Shown piece after piece: positions 23,069 through 32,273 of a stretch of DNA of 64,000 nt (its first letter is position 1; every line of letters starts with the position of its first letter). The notes under the pieces were generated by a model. It was not told the origin of the DNA. It saw only the letters and a list, made by a program, of their open reading frames with translations, and searched no databases. A program made the position numbers and the translations under genes. Location: the sequence record NC_041878.1; one strand, 5' to 3'.

Positions 23069-23684
23069 TTATAGAAAAGCCAGAACTGATATTGATATTG
23101 ACTTTAAAGATGGAAAGTCAGTTATTGAGCAACTACCTTGTACCAGAAGTGTAGAAAGGATTACAGAGGATGGTTTGGTTCCTCATAATAGTGGTGTTCA
23201 TTTTGATAACATACCCGTAGACCCTATTAGCGGTTTAGCGAGCATTCAATACAAAGAAGCCGAAAGATTAGGATATCAAAAAGTTGATATTCTGTCTCAA
23301 TCGGCTTACGAACATGTGCGTGATAGGGATCACTTAAAAGAATTAATGAACAAAGAGCCTGATTGGGATCTATTATTAGTGCCTGAGTTCGTGGAAGAAT
23401 TATCACAAATTAAAAAGCATATAACCTTACTTAATGTGTGGCGTCCTCGTAGTATAGATGAACTGGCAATGTTTATTGCTATGATCCGTCCTGGGAAGCG
23501 TCAATGTCAGAGTATGAATAGTTGGGATGAGGTGAGGGCTGTTATTTGGGATTATGATAGTATTGGGCTAGACGCAGAGGGAAGAAAGTTAAGATACTTT
23601 AAAAAACCCCATGCTTATGCATATAGTTTAATGATTGTTGTTCAGTTGAACGCATTGGTAGAATATATTATTTCCTCTTCTTGA
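23034..23684 (+). CDS. DnaE (Pol III alpha)-like catalytic fragment, C-terminal half of a split minimal polymerase
   Basis: TDIDIDF (DnaE PDxDxDF), PHNSGVHF (HxxGVVI), LGYQKVDILS (GLxKxDxLG), AMIRPG (ALYRPG), FKKPHAYAYS (FNKSHAAAY). Confidence 0.8.
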   Translation: MDMDHKNSQTINYRKARTDIDIDFKDGKSVIEQLPCTRSVERITEDGLVPHNSGVHFDNIPVDPISGLASIQYKEAERLGYQKVDILSQSAYEHVRDRDHLKELMNKEPDWDLLLVPEFVEELSQIKKHITLLNVWRPRSIDELAMFIAMIRPGKRQCQSMNSWDEVRAVIWDYDSIGLDAEGRKLRYFKKPHAYAYSLMIVVQLNALVEYIISSS

Positions 23685-24021
23685 GAGCAACATTCCTGCG
23701 TTTAATACGTTTGGTCGGTAGATCACTTAACGAAATTACTGGCCCAGAGTGAACTTTCACTTGGTCAGTATTGAAGCGTTTTGTAAAAGGTTCAAATTTT
23801 TCCATTTCTTCTTGCATGAATAAGCAAATAGGAATGGTACGATTACTTTGCCACCACCAGTTATTAGCTAGTAGCAACAGTTCTTCTTGTAGGGATTCAT
23901 CCATCTCATGAAAACAGTACAATGTCATGTATTGTTTACTTTTGATTTTGATAATCCCATAATAGATAATCTCGTCGTGTTCTATGACTGTCACGAAAGG
24001 ATAAGTTTTGTATTCATTCAT
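23668..24021 (-). CDS. Hypothetical protein
   Basis: 117 aa; AGGA-type RBS and TATAAATA upstream on the minus strand; converges on the DnaE fragment. Confidence 0.65.
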   Translation of the reverse strand: MNEYKTYPFVTVIEHDEIIYYGIIKIKSKQYMTLYCFHEMDESLQEELLLLANNWWWQSNRTIPICLFMQEEMEKFEPFTKRFNTDQVKVHSGPVISLSDLPTKRIKRRNVALKKRK

Positions 24022-24029
24022 AGGACTTC

Positions 24030-24037
24030 CATAAATA
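24030..24037 (+). promoter_or_regulatory. Putative late promoter CATAAATA
   Basis: About 40 nt upstream of 24079. Confidence 0.5.
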
Positions 24038-24060
24038 TTGTATAAAATGATTATATATAT

Positions 24061-24068
24061 TATTTATA
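24061..24068 (-). promoter_or_regulatory. Putative late promoter TATAAATA
   Basis: Exact T4 late consensus on the minus strand, upstream of 23668..24021. Confidence 0.55.
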
Positions 24069-24078
24069 GAGGTTAAAC

Positions 24079-25050
24079 ATGGCACATCACGGCGTATACA
24101 TGTATCCTTATAACAATGAAGTTTCTCTAGGCAATTTCAACATGCCATTTAACCAAGAGAAATTGACAATTTATAGAGGTGCAAACAATCCTATCAGCTT
24201 TACTATTCACAATGCTGATGGAAAATATACATTGATTAGCGATAATCAATATCTTGTGTTCAGTATCTTCGATGCACGAAACGACACAAGAATCTTTGAA
24301 ACCGTACTTGACAAGTTTCTACCATCTTGGGTATCGGAAGCTGGACAAGCACGACCAACAATTAGTAATAAACAGAAAGTCTACTACGGTTGTATTGTAC
24401 CTGCTGGTGTAATACAAGATTTAAGTGTAGGTTCTAAGTACCGTTGGAGTATTACTAAAGTCACATTAGACGGTGATTTAATTGAACCAACAGAGTACTT
24501 ATATACTGGTTTAAACTTTGAAGCAAGTGCTGAATTGATTATTAGTAACTTAGCTGCTCCTACATTTACCCCAAGTCAAGAAATTAGTGCGAATAAAAAT
24601 CCATCATGGCTACCAATTAAAGATAAGGAACAGAAACCTATCTCTAATGGATTCTTTGGTGATTATGATGTTATGCACAGTTCAGCAATACGTGCTGATG
24701 CACAATACGGCCTAGTTGATGGTTTAAGTACTATCGCATTTTACTTTAAGAATTTCATTGGACGTGTTCAATTACAAGGTTGCCTTGCAAATGAAACTCC
24801 AAAAGATGCAGAAGATTATAAGTGGTTCATTATTAAGTTAGACGGTAAAGACTACATTGAAAACAATTTCGATCCAAATGGAATTCCAATTCCAATAGAC
24901 GAAATTAGACCTTTCAATTTCCACGGTCAACTGATGTGGGTTAGGGTAGTATGTTGCATTCCACCAATTGTCACAACTTATCCACCAAATGTGATCAAGA
25001 AAGATTACAATCCGTTGAACACTATACCGAAGATTCTCATCCGTAGATAA
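24079..25050 (+). CDS. Probable virion structural protein
   Basis: 323 aa beta-rich; late motif upstream; GAGG RBS. Confidence 0.5.
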   Translation: MAHHGVYMYPYNNEVSLGNFNMPFNQEKLTIYRGANNPISFTIHNADGKYTLISDNQYLVFSIFDARNDTRIFETVLDKFLPSWVSEAGQARPTISNKQKVYYGCIVPAGVIQDLSVGSKYRWSITKVTLDGDLIEPTEYLYTGLNFEASAELIISNLAAPTFTPSQEISANKNPSWLPIKDKEQKPISNGFFGDYDVMHSSAIRADAQYGLVDGLSTIAFYFKNFIGRVQLQGCLANETPKDAEDYKWFIIKLDGKDYIENNFDPNGIPIPIDEIRPFNFHGQLMWVRVVCCIPPIVTTYPPNVIKKDYNPLNTIPKILIRR

Positions 25051-25051
25051 A

Positions 25052-25080
25052 TGGAATGCATTAAAAAAATGTGGTATAAT
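25052..25080 (+). promoter_or_regulatory. Putative middle-class promoter, variant TGGAAT box
   Basis: TGGAAT-17bp-TATAAT with TGG extension, upstream of primase. Confidence 0.65.
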
Positions 25081-25112
25081 ATTTGAAGTACTGACACAGA
25101 CAAAGGATTTGA

Positions 25113-26159
25113 ATGATGAATCAGATACAAAATATTATGGCAAATATTATGCATGACCCTGTTCCAATTATGGATCGCTGGAACCAACATAATTGCCCTG
25201 CTTGTATTACAAGAGGGCAGTCTAGACCTGATACAAAAGGTCGTGGAAACCATATGTTTAGAAACGATGGTTCAGTGGTTTATAATTGTTTCAACTGTCA
25301 TTTAAAAGCAGTTTGGTCACCAGGACGATATGTAAGCAGAGACATGGAATCTTTGCTACGTTCCTTTGGTGCATCTGATAAAGAAATGATCTCTATTAAA
25401 CTCATTGCTAAAGAAATGGCAGAGAGTGGTGATTATGAAGTAGAAGAAACTACCAATTCAAAACTGTATCAAAAAATTGTACGACGCGAGTTACCTAGCG
25501 ATGCTAAACCATTCTTGGAATGGGTGAACATGGATAACATACCACCAGATTTCATAAAGGTTATAAACGCAGTAAATGACCGTAATCCGTACTTGCTGGA
25601 CTTAGATTTATATTGGAGTCCATCAAAAGAATTTTATATGTACCAACGGTTCATCATTCCGTATTACATGAATGGACAAATCATAGGTTACACTGCTCGT
25701 CATATTGATCCTAAAAGCGAATATCGTTATAGGAATCAAGTTAGTACGAGCATTTTTTATAACTTTGATTTGCTAAATGATGATAGGATACAAACTATCC
25801 TTGTTGCAGAAGGTCCAATAGATGCAAGTCTAATGGGTGGTGTTTCTGCGAATAACTACTTTCTCAGCAATTCGCAATTAGATTTATTGCACAAAGCAGA
25901 AGAACGTGGTAAAAATATAGTTATTGTTCCAGATCGTGACAAAGACGGATTAGTTACGATAGAACAAGCTATTGAGCACGGTTTCAGTGTAGCATTACCT
26001 GATTACGGTGCAGTGCGTGATGAAAATGGAATTCGTCACATTAAGGATTTTGATGAAGCATGTGCCAAGTACGGAAGATTGTTTTGTTTACAACTTCTAC
26101 ATAAAAGCATATACACAGATAGATTCGATATTAGAGTACAAACTGAAAAATGGATTTGA
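25113..26159 (+). CDS. DNA primase (gp61/DnaG-like)
   Basis: Zn finger CPAC...CFNC; TOPRIM motifs AEGPIDA and PDRDKDG; adjacent to helicase. Confidence 0.88.
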   Translation: MMNQIQNIMANIMHDPVPIMDRWNQHNCPACITRGQSRPDTKGRGNHMFRNDGSVVYNCFNCHLKAVWSPGRYVSRDMESLLRSFGASDKEMISIKLIAKEMAESGDYEVEETTNSKLYQKIVRRELPSDAKPFLEWVNMDNIPPDFIKVINAVNDRNPYLLDLDLYWSPSKEFYMYQRFIIPYYMNGQIIGYTARHIDPKSEYRYRNQVSTSIFYNFDLLNDDRIQTILVAEGPIDASLMGGVSANNYFLSNSQLDLLHKAEERGKNIVIVPDRDKDGLVTIEQAIEHGFSVALPDYGAVRDENGIRHIKDFDEACAKYGRLFCLQLLHKSIYTDRFDIRVQTEKWI

Positions 26160-26166
26160 GGTTTAA

Positions 26167-27663
26167 ATGGCAAGCAACACGGACGTAAGAAAATATGACA
26201 TTAGTTATCAACTATATTTGCTATCGCAAATTTTTAGTACACCAGACCTATATGTACGGTGTAAGAACGTACTAAAGCCAGATTATTTCGATAAGGAATA
26301 TCACGCTAGTATCCAATATGTTCATGACTATTCAAGCAAGTACAACGTAACTCCAACGCTAAACGACATTAAACACAATGCAGATTTTCAGTACAGCGAA
26401 ACACCAGTACAAGAATTAAATCAGCAAGCAGTACTAGATAGTATTGGTGAGTTTTGTCGGCATAAAGCATTAGCACATGCAATTCAACAAGGCATGGAAC
26501 TAGTGAACCAAAAACGTTACGGTGGAATCGAAGAACTAATTCGCGAAGCAATGCTTGTAACTGTTCAGAACGATTTGGGTCTAGACATTTATGAAAATCC
26601 AGAAGAAGTTATTAGTTCACTAGCAGATATGCAAGGTACTTTTAAATCTGGATGGGAAACACTTGATTATAAACTATTCGGTGGTTTCGGTCGTCAAGAA
26701 CTCGAAATCTTTGCAGCAGCATCCGGTGGTGGTAAATCAGTAGTACTACAAAACTTAGCAGTAAACTTTAGTAAAGCAGGGCTAAACGGTGCATACATTA
26801 CACTAGAACTAGCATCTGAACTTGTTGCCGTTCGTATCTATGGTATGATGGTTAACACCGCTCAGAGCAAAGTTAAAGTTAATATTGATGAAACCGCAGC
26901 AAAAGTAAAAATCGAAGAACGTAGCAATGGTAAACTTCGTGTTCACCGTCTACCAGAATCCGTCAGTACTGTAAATGATATTGAAAGTTATATCCGTGAA
27001 CTACAAATCAAAACAGGAATTAAATTAGATTATGTTTGTGTTGACTACCTTGATCTGTTAACATCTGACCGTTGTGGTCCAAACGATAAATCAAATGCGT
27101 TCGTTAAAGATAAGTTTGTGTCTGAAGAATTACGTGCACTAGCAATGAAAATGGACTTGACTGTATTCACAGCATGTCAGTTCAACCGTAGTGGTGTTTC
27201 TGGTGAAGACGTTAAAAGTCAAGCACAAATTGCGGGTGGTATTTCTAAAATCTATACCGCAGATAACGTTATCTATATTGATGCACGTAAAGAACGAGGC
27301 GAAATGGTATTTGACTTCCAGAAAACTCGTAACAGTTCCGCAGTAGGTTCACGTCTAATTATGTCTTATGATATTGACTCTCTACGTGTTCTTGATCACC
27401 CACAAACGGTACAAGAAATGGAAATCAATACATCATTTAAACATAGTGGTAAAACTTTATTGGGTCGAGGAAATGTAATGGCAACACCTACATTACCTGG
27501 CAACACAGCAATGAGTTCTTTACAGAATAAACTTGCAAATGCAGTAAGACCTAGTACACAAATTACACAAAAAGATGACAGTACTGAAACGCCAGATATA
27601 AATACACCAAAGACTGAGGATAAAGTTTCTCATATGCGAAACTTTTTGAATGGTAGGATGTAA
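26167..27663 (+). CDS. Replicative DnaB-family helicase (gp41-like)
   Basis: Walker A AASGGGKS, ITLEL, VDYLDL, SEELRALA, TACQFNR, KTRN. Confidence 0.93.
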   Translation: MASNTDVRKYDISYQLYLLSQIFSTPDLYVRCKNVLKPDYFDKEYHASIQYVHDYSSKYNVTPTLNDIKHNADFQYSETPVQELNQQAVLDSIGEFCRHKALAHAIQQGMELVNQKRYGGIEELIREAMLVTVQNDLGLDIYENPEEVISSLADMQGTFKSGWETLDYKLFGGFGRQELEIFAAASGGGKSVVLQNLAVNFSKAGLNGAYITLELASELVAVRIYGMMVNTAQSKVKVNIDETAAKVKIEERSNGKLRVHRLPESVSTVNDIESYIRELQIKTGIKLDYVCVDYLDLLTSDRCGPNDKSNAFVKDKFVSEELRALAMKMDLTVFTACQFNRSGVSGEDVKSQAQIAGGISKIYTADNVIYIDARKERGEMVFDFQKTRNSSAVGSRLIMSYDIDSLRVLDHPQTVQEMEINTSFKHSGKTLLGRGNVMATPTLPGNTAMSSLQNKLANAVRPSTQITQKDDSTETPDINTPKTEDKVSHMRNFLNGRM

Positions 27664-27665
27664 TT

Positions 27666-27935
27666 ATGTCGAACAAAAAGCACAATCTTCTAGATAGTAT
27701 AGTCAACTATACTTCCGATAAAGAAAAACTTCAAAGTTTAGGAAATCGTGCGGATCATGCTATTAATTCGATTATCAATCTACTTGATAGCATCGATGAA
27801 GAATTTGAAGGTGAGGAAGCAGAGGATTTAAAACGCCGACTGTTTCTTAGTATCAAAAACCGTGACTATCGAAAATTCGAAAAGGGGCTAGAAAACCTAG
27901 CCCAAAATGAGAAACGAAAGAATAAGGGTTCATGA
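27666..27935 (+). CDS. Hypothetical protein
   Basis: 89 aa helical ORF coupled to the helicase. Confidence 0.65.
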   Translation: MSNKKHNLLDSIVNYTSDKEKLQSLGNRADHAINSIINLLDSIDEEFEGEEAEDLKRRLFLSIKNRDYRKFEKGLENLAQNEKRKNKGS

Positions 27936-27936
27936 T

Positions 27937-28095
27937 ATGAAAAAGAAAAAAGTAAATGAAAATGCTTCATCTGGTGCAACAAGTGCTGGAGGGATTGCCT
28001 CTGTAAGTGGTGGGTTGAACTATCCTTTAATTACAAGAATGCCAAAAACCAATTTCTTTGGTTATAAAGAATATAAAGGTAAGAAAAAGGATTAA
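27937..28095 (+). CDS. Small hypothetical protein (possible head-processed peptide)
   Basis: MKKKKVNENASSGATSAGGIASV; starts just after the upstream stop. Confidence 0.55.
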   Translation: MKKKKVNENASSGATSAGGIASVSGGLNYPLITRMPKTNFFGYKEYKGKKKD

Positions 28096-28096
28096 T

Positions 28097-28495
28097 ATGA
28101 TTTCTTATACATTTTATACAATCAATACTGTTATCGATATTGGTGATGGTAAAACTCCACCTATTGTGAATAATGAATTCACTGGTGCGATGAATTTGTC
28201 CAGATTGGTTGAATGTGTTATGGTCTTTGATCGTCCAATGATGGTGAGTGTTGTTAGTACTGAAGTTGACTTGAGTAAAAACAACAACTCAACATTTTAT
28301 AATCTTCCTAGTGTATGGGGTGAATGTGTAGTAAGCACATTTAAATTCGCATTACCAATGGATGTTGATATAAAAGTAAATGGAGTACCATTAGTACTTC
28401 CTACTGAAGTAAATGGAACGAGACTAACAAAATTCAACAGTGTTACTTCCGAACGGAACATTAGCATTACAAAGCAAACCTTTTCTCGTACATGA
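28097..28495 (+). CDS. Hypothetical protein
   Basis: ATG 28097 with AGGA RBS; 132 aa. Confidence 0.6.
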   Translation: MISYTFYTINTVIDIGDGKTPPIVNNEFTGAMNLSRLVECVMVFDRPMMVSVVSTEVDLSKNNNSTFYNLPSVWGECVVSTFKFALPMDVDIKVNGVPLVLPTEVNGTRLTKFNSVTSERNISITKQTFSRT

Positions 28496-28501
28496 TAAAT
28501 A
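28494..28501 (+). promoter_or_regulatory. Putative late promoter GATAAATA
   Basis: 40 nt upstream of 28541, at the head of a probable head-protein cluster. Confidence 0.45.
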
Positions 28502-28540
28502 TCTTCATGTACAGAAAAGGTTTTTCTTTTTGGAGATAAT

Positions 28541-29485
28541 ATGGATATACAACAAACTGCACAGGAATTGCAAAAATTTGCTGATGCTAATGGCTTGGAA
28601 ATGGATGTGAGTGCAGCCCTAAATTCTATGGATGCGGGTGATTTTATTGAAATCAATAATGCAATGGATAATTCCGACAATCGCACCATTATGCAAGTAC
28701 TACAAAAGTGCAAAGCACAAATGAGTGAGAACTACCATCTATTTTGTGGTAATAAAATAAATGAATCATATGGCGTTAACGTTATGAATTCATTAACACC
28801 AACACAACTTACTGAGTTTTATAAATTGCACTGTTCGTTTGCCTTAGCTGATAATAGTCACTTGACATTAGCAGAAATGAAAACATTGGCTTTTGATAGT
28901 GTAAATCAAAAAGCTGCACGTGGTGAACTTGCTGAAGATTTGGCAAATACTTTACGTGCTGGACAAATTAGCAAACAAAATACTGCAACACAACAAACTC
29001 AAATTAACCCACAAACTGCTGCTAAATTGAAACAAGCAGAACTACAAAAGAACGCTAATAATGCGAACTTTAAGGTAACAGTTCCAGGAAACACAACTGG
29101 TACTAGCGAAATTGAACCAGTTGTTGGTGTTGATGTTGGACCAACTACTGACCAAACATTGGTAGTTACTAAAGATACTCAAAAACCTAACCAACTAAGT
29201 GTATTTGGGTTAGGTGATGTTGAGCCAGTGAAAGAAGCCGAATTCGAAGAAAACGATTCTGAAGATACTATGGCTCCACCTGATGTTGTTCATCAAGAAC
29301 AAACGGGTTCTCCATTTACACATGAGAATCCAGGAATGGGTGAATTGTCTCATGCTATTAGTCAGATTGAAACTGAAGATAGTTTAGATGGTGAAGAAAG
29401 TCCAGAAGGTAATGAAGGAATGCATAATGCTGATGAAGTACTTGCACAAATCATTGACTTCTGTTCAAGAATGCGAGGAAAATAA
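28541..29485 (+). CDS. Hypothetical protein, possible head/core component
   Basis: 314 aa, GGAG RBS, Q/N-rich middle, acidic C-terminus, KINESY motif. Confidence 0.6.
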   Translation: MDIQQTAQELQKFADANGLEMDVSAALNSMDAGDFIEINNAMDNSDNRTIMQVLQKCKAQMSENYHLFCGNKINESYGVNVMNSLTPTQLTEFYKLHCSFALADNSHLTLAEMKTLAFDSVNQKAARGELAEDLANTLRAGQISKQNTATQQTQINPQTAAKLKQAELQKNANNANFKVTVPGNTTGTSEIEPVVGVDVGPTTDQTLVVTKDTQKPNQLSVFGLGDVEPVKEAEFEENDSEDTMAPPDVVHQEQTGSPFTHENPGMGELSHAISQIETEDSLDGEESPEGNEGMHNADEVLAQIIDFCSRMRGK

Positions 29486-29703
29486 TGAGATCGGTAGATA
29501 CTAAAAATGGTTATAGCGTTATAGTGTCTAATGAAGAATACCGTCTTATTAAAAAGGTTGACGCAAATATTCAGGTTCCTGTTGAATCCCTAAGTGAGTA
29601 CTATCAAGAATTAGGTGAAAAACTTTATTCTCGTGGAGTATTAAATAAGGTAGAAAATGACGGAACCGAATATTTTGTATCGATGAAAAGGAGTAAGCAA
29701 TGA
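29485..29703 (+). CDS. Hypothetical protein
   Basis: 72 aa, TAATG coupling. Confidence 0.6.
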   Translation: MRSVDTKNGYSVIVSNEEYRLIKKVDANIQVPVESLSEYYQELGEKLYSRGVLNKVENDGTEYFVSMKRSKQ

Positions 29704-30503
29704 GTGATGATTTCGGAGAATTTGAACAGCGTAAGCAGGGCATTGATTTAATGACTGATATTATGTCTGCATTTGATGACATTGAAGAAGGTCGTGCAGT
29801 AACTAAAAAACTTCCAGATGGAAGTGCCTTTGTAGATGATTTTGCACAAATCAACCTTGCTGAAACTAAAAACCTTTTACATGCTCTACAGGAAGTAACT
29901 GGAGAGTACGGCACACTTCTTCAAGAAGATACTGCATATTATGATCAAGGTGGTTTTATGGATGATAGTTCAGATTTGGACAGCATCTATGGGTATTATG
30001 AACCACAAGAAGGTGAAAACTTTATTCCTAACCCAACGGTTACGATGCGTAAAGTACAACAACCTCAACAAACACAACAGAGAGCATATGTTCAACCAGA
30101 CCGACCTTATGTTCCAGGAATGAACTGGAGTATTATTGAAGAATCGGTGCTAGGTATGAAAAATGCTATCATGTACAGCATTAAATGCAATGCTACTAAT
30201 CAAATCGTATTGAATAATATTATGATGTACGAATCTGCATTAGCTTTGCGTAACATTCTAAATTCTGGTAAGTCCTTAACTGATCCTAAAATTCTAGGAA
30301 TTATTAGTTCAGGTATTCAATACACGAATGTTGTTCAAGAAGCCATTAAAGCTGCGAGAGAACGTCAGCAAGTACTGAAAGAATCTCGTTACGATAAAGC
30401 TCAAGAACTTGACGGCGTAATTGCTGAACATAAAAATAAAGCAAAAGAACTAAAACAGCGTGTGCTAAACTTCTTGGAAGAAGAAGGATTCTTAGCTAAA
30501 TAA
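29700..30503 (+). CDS. Hypothetical protein
   Basis: 267 aa, ATGA overlap, GGAG RBS. Confidence 0.65.
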   Translation: MSDDFGEFEQRKQGIDLMTDIMSAFDDIEEGRAVTKKLPDGSAFVDDFAQINLAETKNLLHALQEVTGEYGTLLQEDTAYYDQGGFMDDSSDLDSIYGYYEPQEGENFIPNPTVTMRKVQQPQQTQQRAYVQPDRPYVPGMNWSIIEESVLGMKNAIMYSIKCNATNQIVLNNIMMYESALALRNILNSGKSLTDPKILGIISSGIQYTNVVQEAIKAARERQQVLKESRYDKAQELDGVIAEHKNKAKELKQRVLNFLEEEGFLAK

Positions 30504-30535
30504 GGATATAAATTTCATTTATAAGGAAATAAAAA

Positions 30536-31180
30536 ATGTCAAAACAATTTTCAAAAATGATGGAATCCGCAAGCCGTGTTGAAGCTTTAAATTTGATGCA
30601 ACTAAACGAATCAAATATTGAAAAAGCTGAAATCGTACTAGCAGTTAAGGGTGAAATCGTAGATAAACTTCAACGTCAAGCTGAAGTAATTAACAACATG
30701 GGTGTTGACGTACTAGGTCCACTACTAGACCGTATTAAAGCTGAACATGGTGTTGAAGCAGCAGAAAGCTTCCGTAATAACATTAGTGGTCTTCTTGATC
30801 ATGCTGTGAAAACCATTATGGATGTTAAAGACAAAATCAGTACTGAAACTCTAAAACTTACTGGTGATATTACTAGTTCCCCTGATGTTGCTGATCTAGG
30901 TTCAGATGCGGGAATGGATGATATTTCTATGGATGTTGACACTCCTGAAGGTGATTTTGATTTTGAAGATGATGCAGAACTAGGTGATGTAGCACTTCCA
31001 GAACCAACACCAATGGATCGTGAAATGAAAGAATCTGTACAGCCTAAACGTTTTGGTATTCAACTAGAAAGCGTTAAAGGAACTGTAGGTAATAAGTATT
31101 TCGATTCTAAAGCTGAAATGCAAACTTGGCTAAAAGAAAACGAAAACAAAATTGCAAAGGTTCTAAAGATCCTAAAATAA
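30536..31180 (+). CDS. Possible prohead core/scaffold protein
   Basis: Helical N-terminus, acidic linker, repeated xxES motifs (MMES, LNES, MKES, QLES). Confidence 0.45.
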   Translation: MSKQFSKMMESASRVEALNLMQLNESNIEKAEIVLAVKGEIVDKLQRQAEVINNMGVDVLGPLLDRIKAEHGVEAAESFRNNISGLLDHAVKTIMDVKDKISTETLKLTGDITSSPDVADLGSDAGMDDISMDVDTPEGDFDFEDDAELGDVALPEPTPMDREMKESVQPKRFGIQLESVKGTVGNKYFDSKAEMQTWLKENENKIAKVLKILK

Positions 31181-31192
31181 TCGGGGGGTGAT

Positions 31193-31528
31193 ATGAGGTT
31201 TAGTCAAATAACCGAAGATGCACCAGGTAAAGACATTCGGAACATGATTAGTACTATTGCACTATCTTTAATTGCTACTGGCAGGGAACAAGTTAGTGTT
31301 CAATCATTAATTAATGAAATTAAAAAACGTACTAATATCGATGTTCCGTATAATGTTATGATGGACATTTTAAACGAGTTACCATTTGTTCAGGATGCTA
31401 ATTCTGACATTGTAACGCTTCAAGGAAGTGACACTACTCCAAGTGGGGATAATGCTGAATCTTCTGAAGAACAAGTTACAGATATGGCAACTAAAGCAGC
31501 AGCAAATAATTTAAAACAAGATATTTGA
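31193..31528 (+). CDS. Hypothetical protein with capsid-targeting-like N-terminus
   Basis: Begins MRFSQITE; 111 aa. Confidence 0.55.
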   Translation: MRFSQITEDAPGKDIRNMISTIALSLIATGREQVSVQSLINEIKKRTNIDVPYNVMMDILNELPFVQDANSDIVTLQGSDTTPSGDNAESSEEQVTDMATKAAANNLKQDI

Positions 31529-31554
31529 AACAATAAAAAAACATGTGCTATAAT
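31526..31554 (+). promoter_or_regulatory. Putative middle-class promoter
   Basis: TGAAAC-17bp-TATAAT with TGC extension. Confidence 0.75.
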
Positions 31555-31567
31555 ATAGGAGTACAGG

Positions 31568-32269
31568 ATGTACATTCCACCTATCGTTAATAAGTACACG
31601 TATGCTGGTTATGAACGAATTGAAGGCGGCTCTGAGGGTCGCCTTTATTCTACCCCAAGTGGGAACCTACCATCCGTGACTACAATACTAAGTGCCACTT
31701 CTGATGATGAAGGATTGAGGAAATGGCGAGCAGCAGTTGGTGAAGAAAAAGCAAAAGAAATAACATTAGAAGCAACTACAGTCGGTACGTTCATGCATGA
31801 AAATTTAGAACGTAGACTAAATGGTGATCCAGACCATAAAGGTGGAATGCCAATTAGAGTACTAGCCAGAAACATGGCAGACTGTATTCAAGCTAATGCA
31901 TGGCCTCACATAAATGAAGTATGGGGTCAGGAAGTACCTTTATTTTATGAAGGACTTTGGGCTGGAACAACTGACTTAGTAGGTATGCATAATGGTATTC
32001 CTAGTATAATGGACTATAAAAACTCCCGTAAACCCAAAACTTGGGAATACATTGAAAATTATCGTCTTCAAATCGCAGCATACGCACTAGCACATAATCA
32101 AATGTACGGCACTGATATTAAACGTGGCGTTATTTTTATTTGCGTTCGTAAAGACCCTGAGAATCTTGAATATCAAGAATTCGTTATTGAAGGTCAAGAT
32201 TTTGATGACGCAATTGCAATGTGGATTGAAAGAGTAGAACAATATTATACTCAACGTGGAGATATGTAA
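31568..32269 (+). CDS. PD-(D/E)XK exonuclease
   Basis: LPSVTTIL, GTFMH, E..LFY..AGTTDL, IMDYKNS, YRLQIAAY. Confidence 0.85.
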   Translation: MYIPPIVNKYTYAGYERIEGGSEGRLYSTPSGNLPSVTTILSATSDDEGLRKWRAAVGEEKAKEITLEATTVGTFMHENLERRLNGDPDHKGGMPIRVLARNMADCIQANAWPHINEVWGQEVPLFYEGLWAGTTDLVGMHNGIPSIMDYKNSRKPKTWEYIENYRLQIAAYALAHNQMYGTDIKRGVIFICVRKDPENLEYQEFVIEGQDFDDAIAMWIERVEQYYTQRGDM

Positions 32270-32273
32270 AAAA

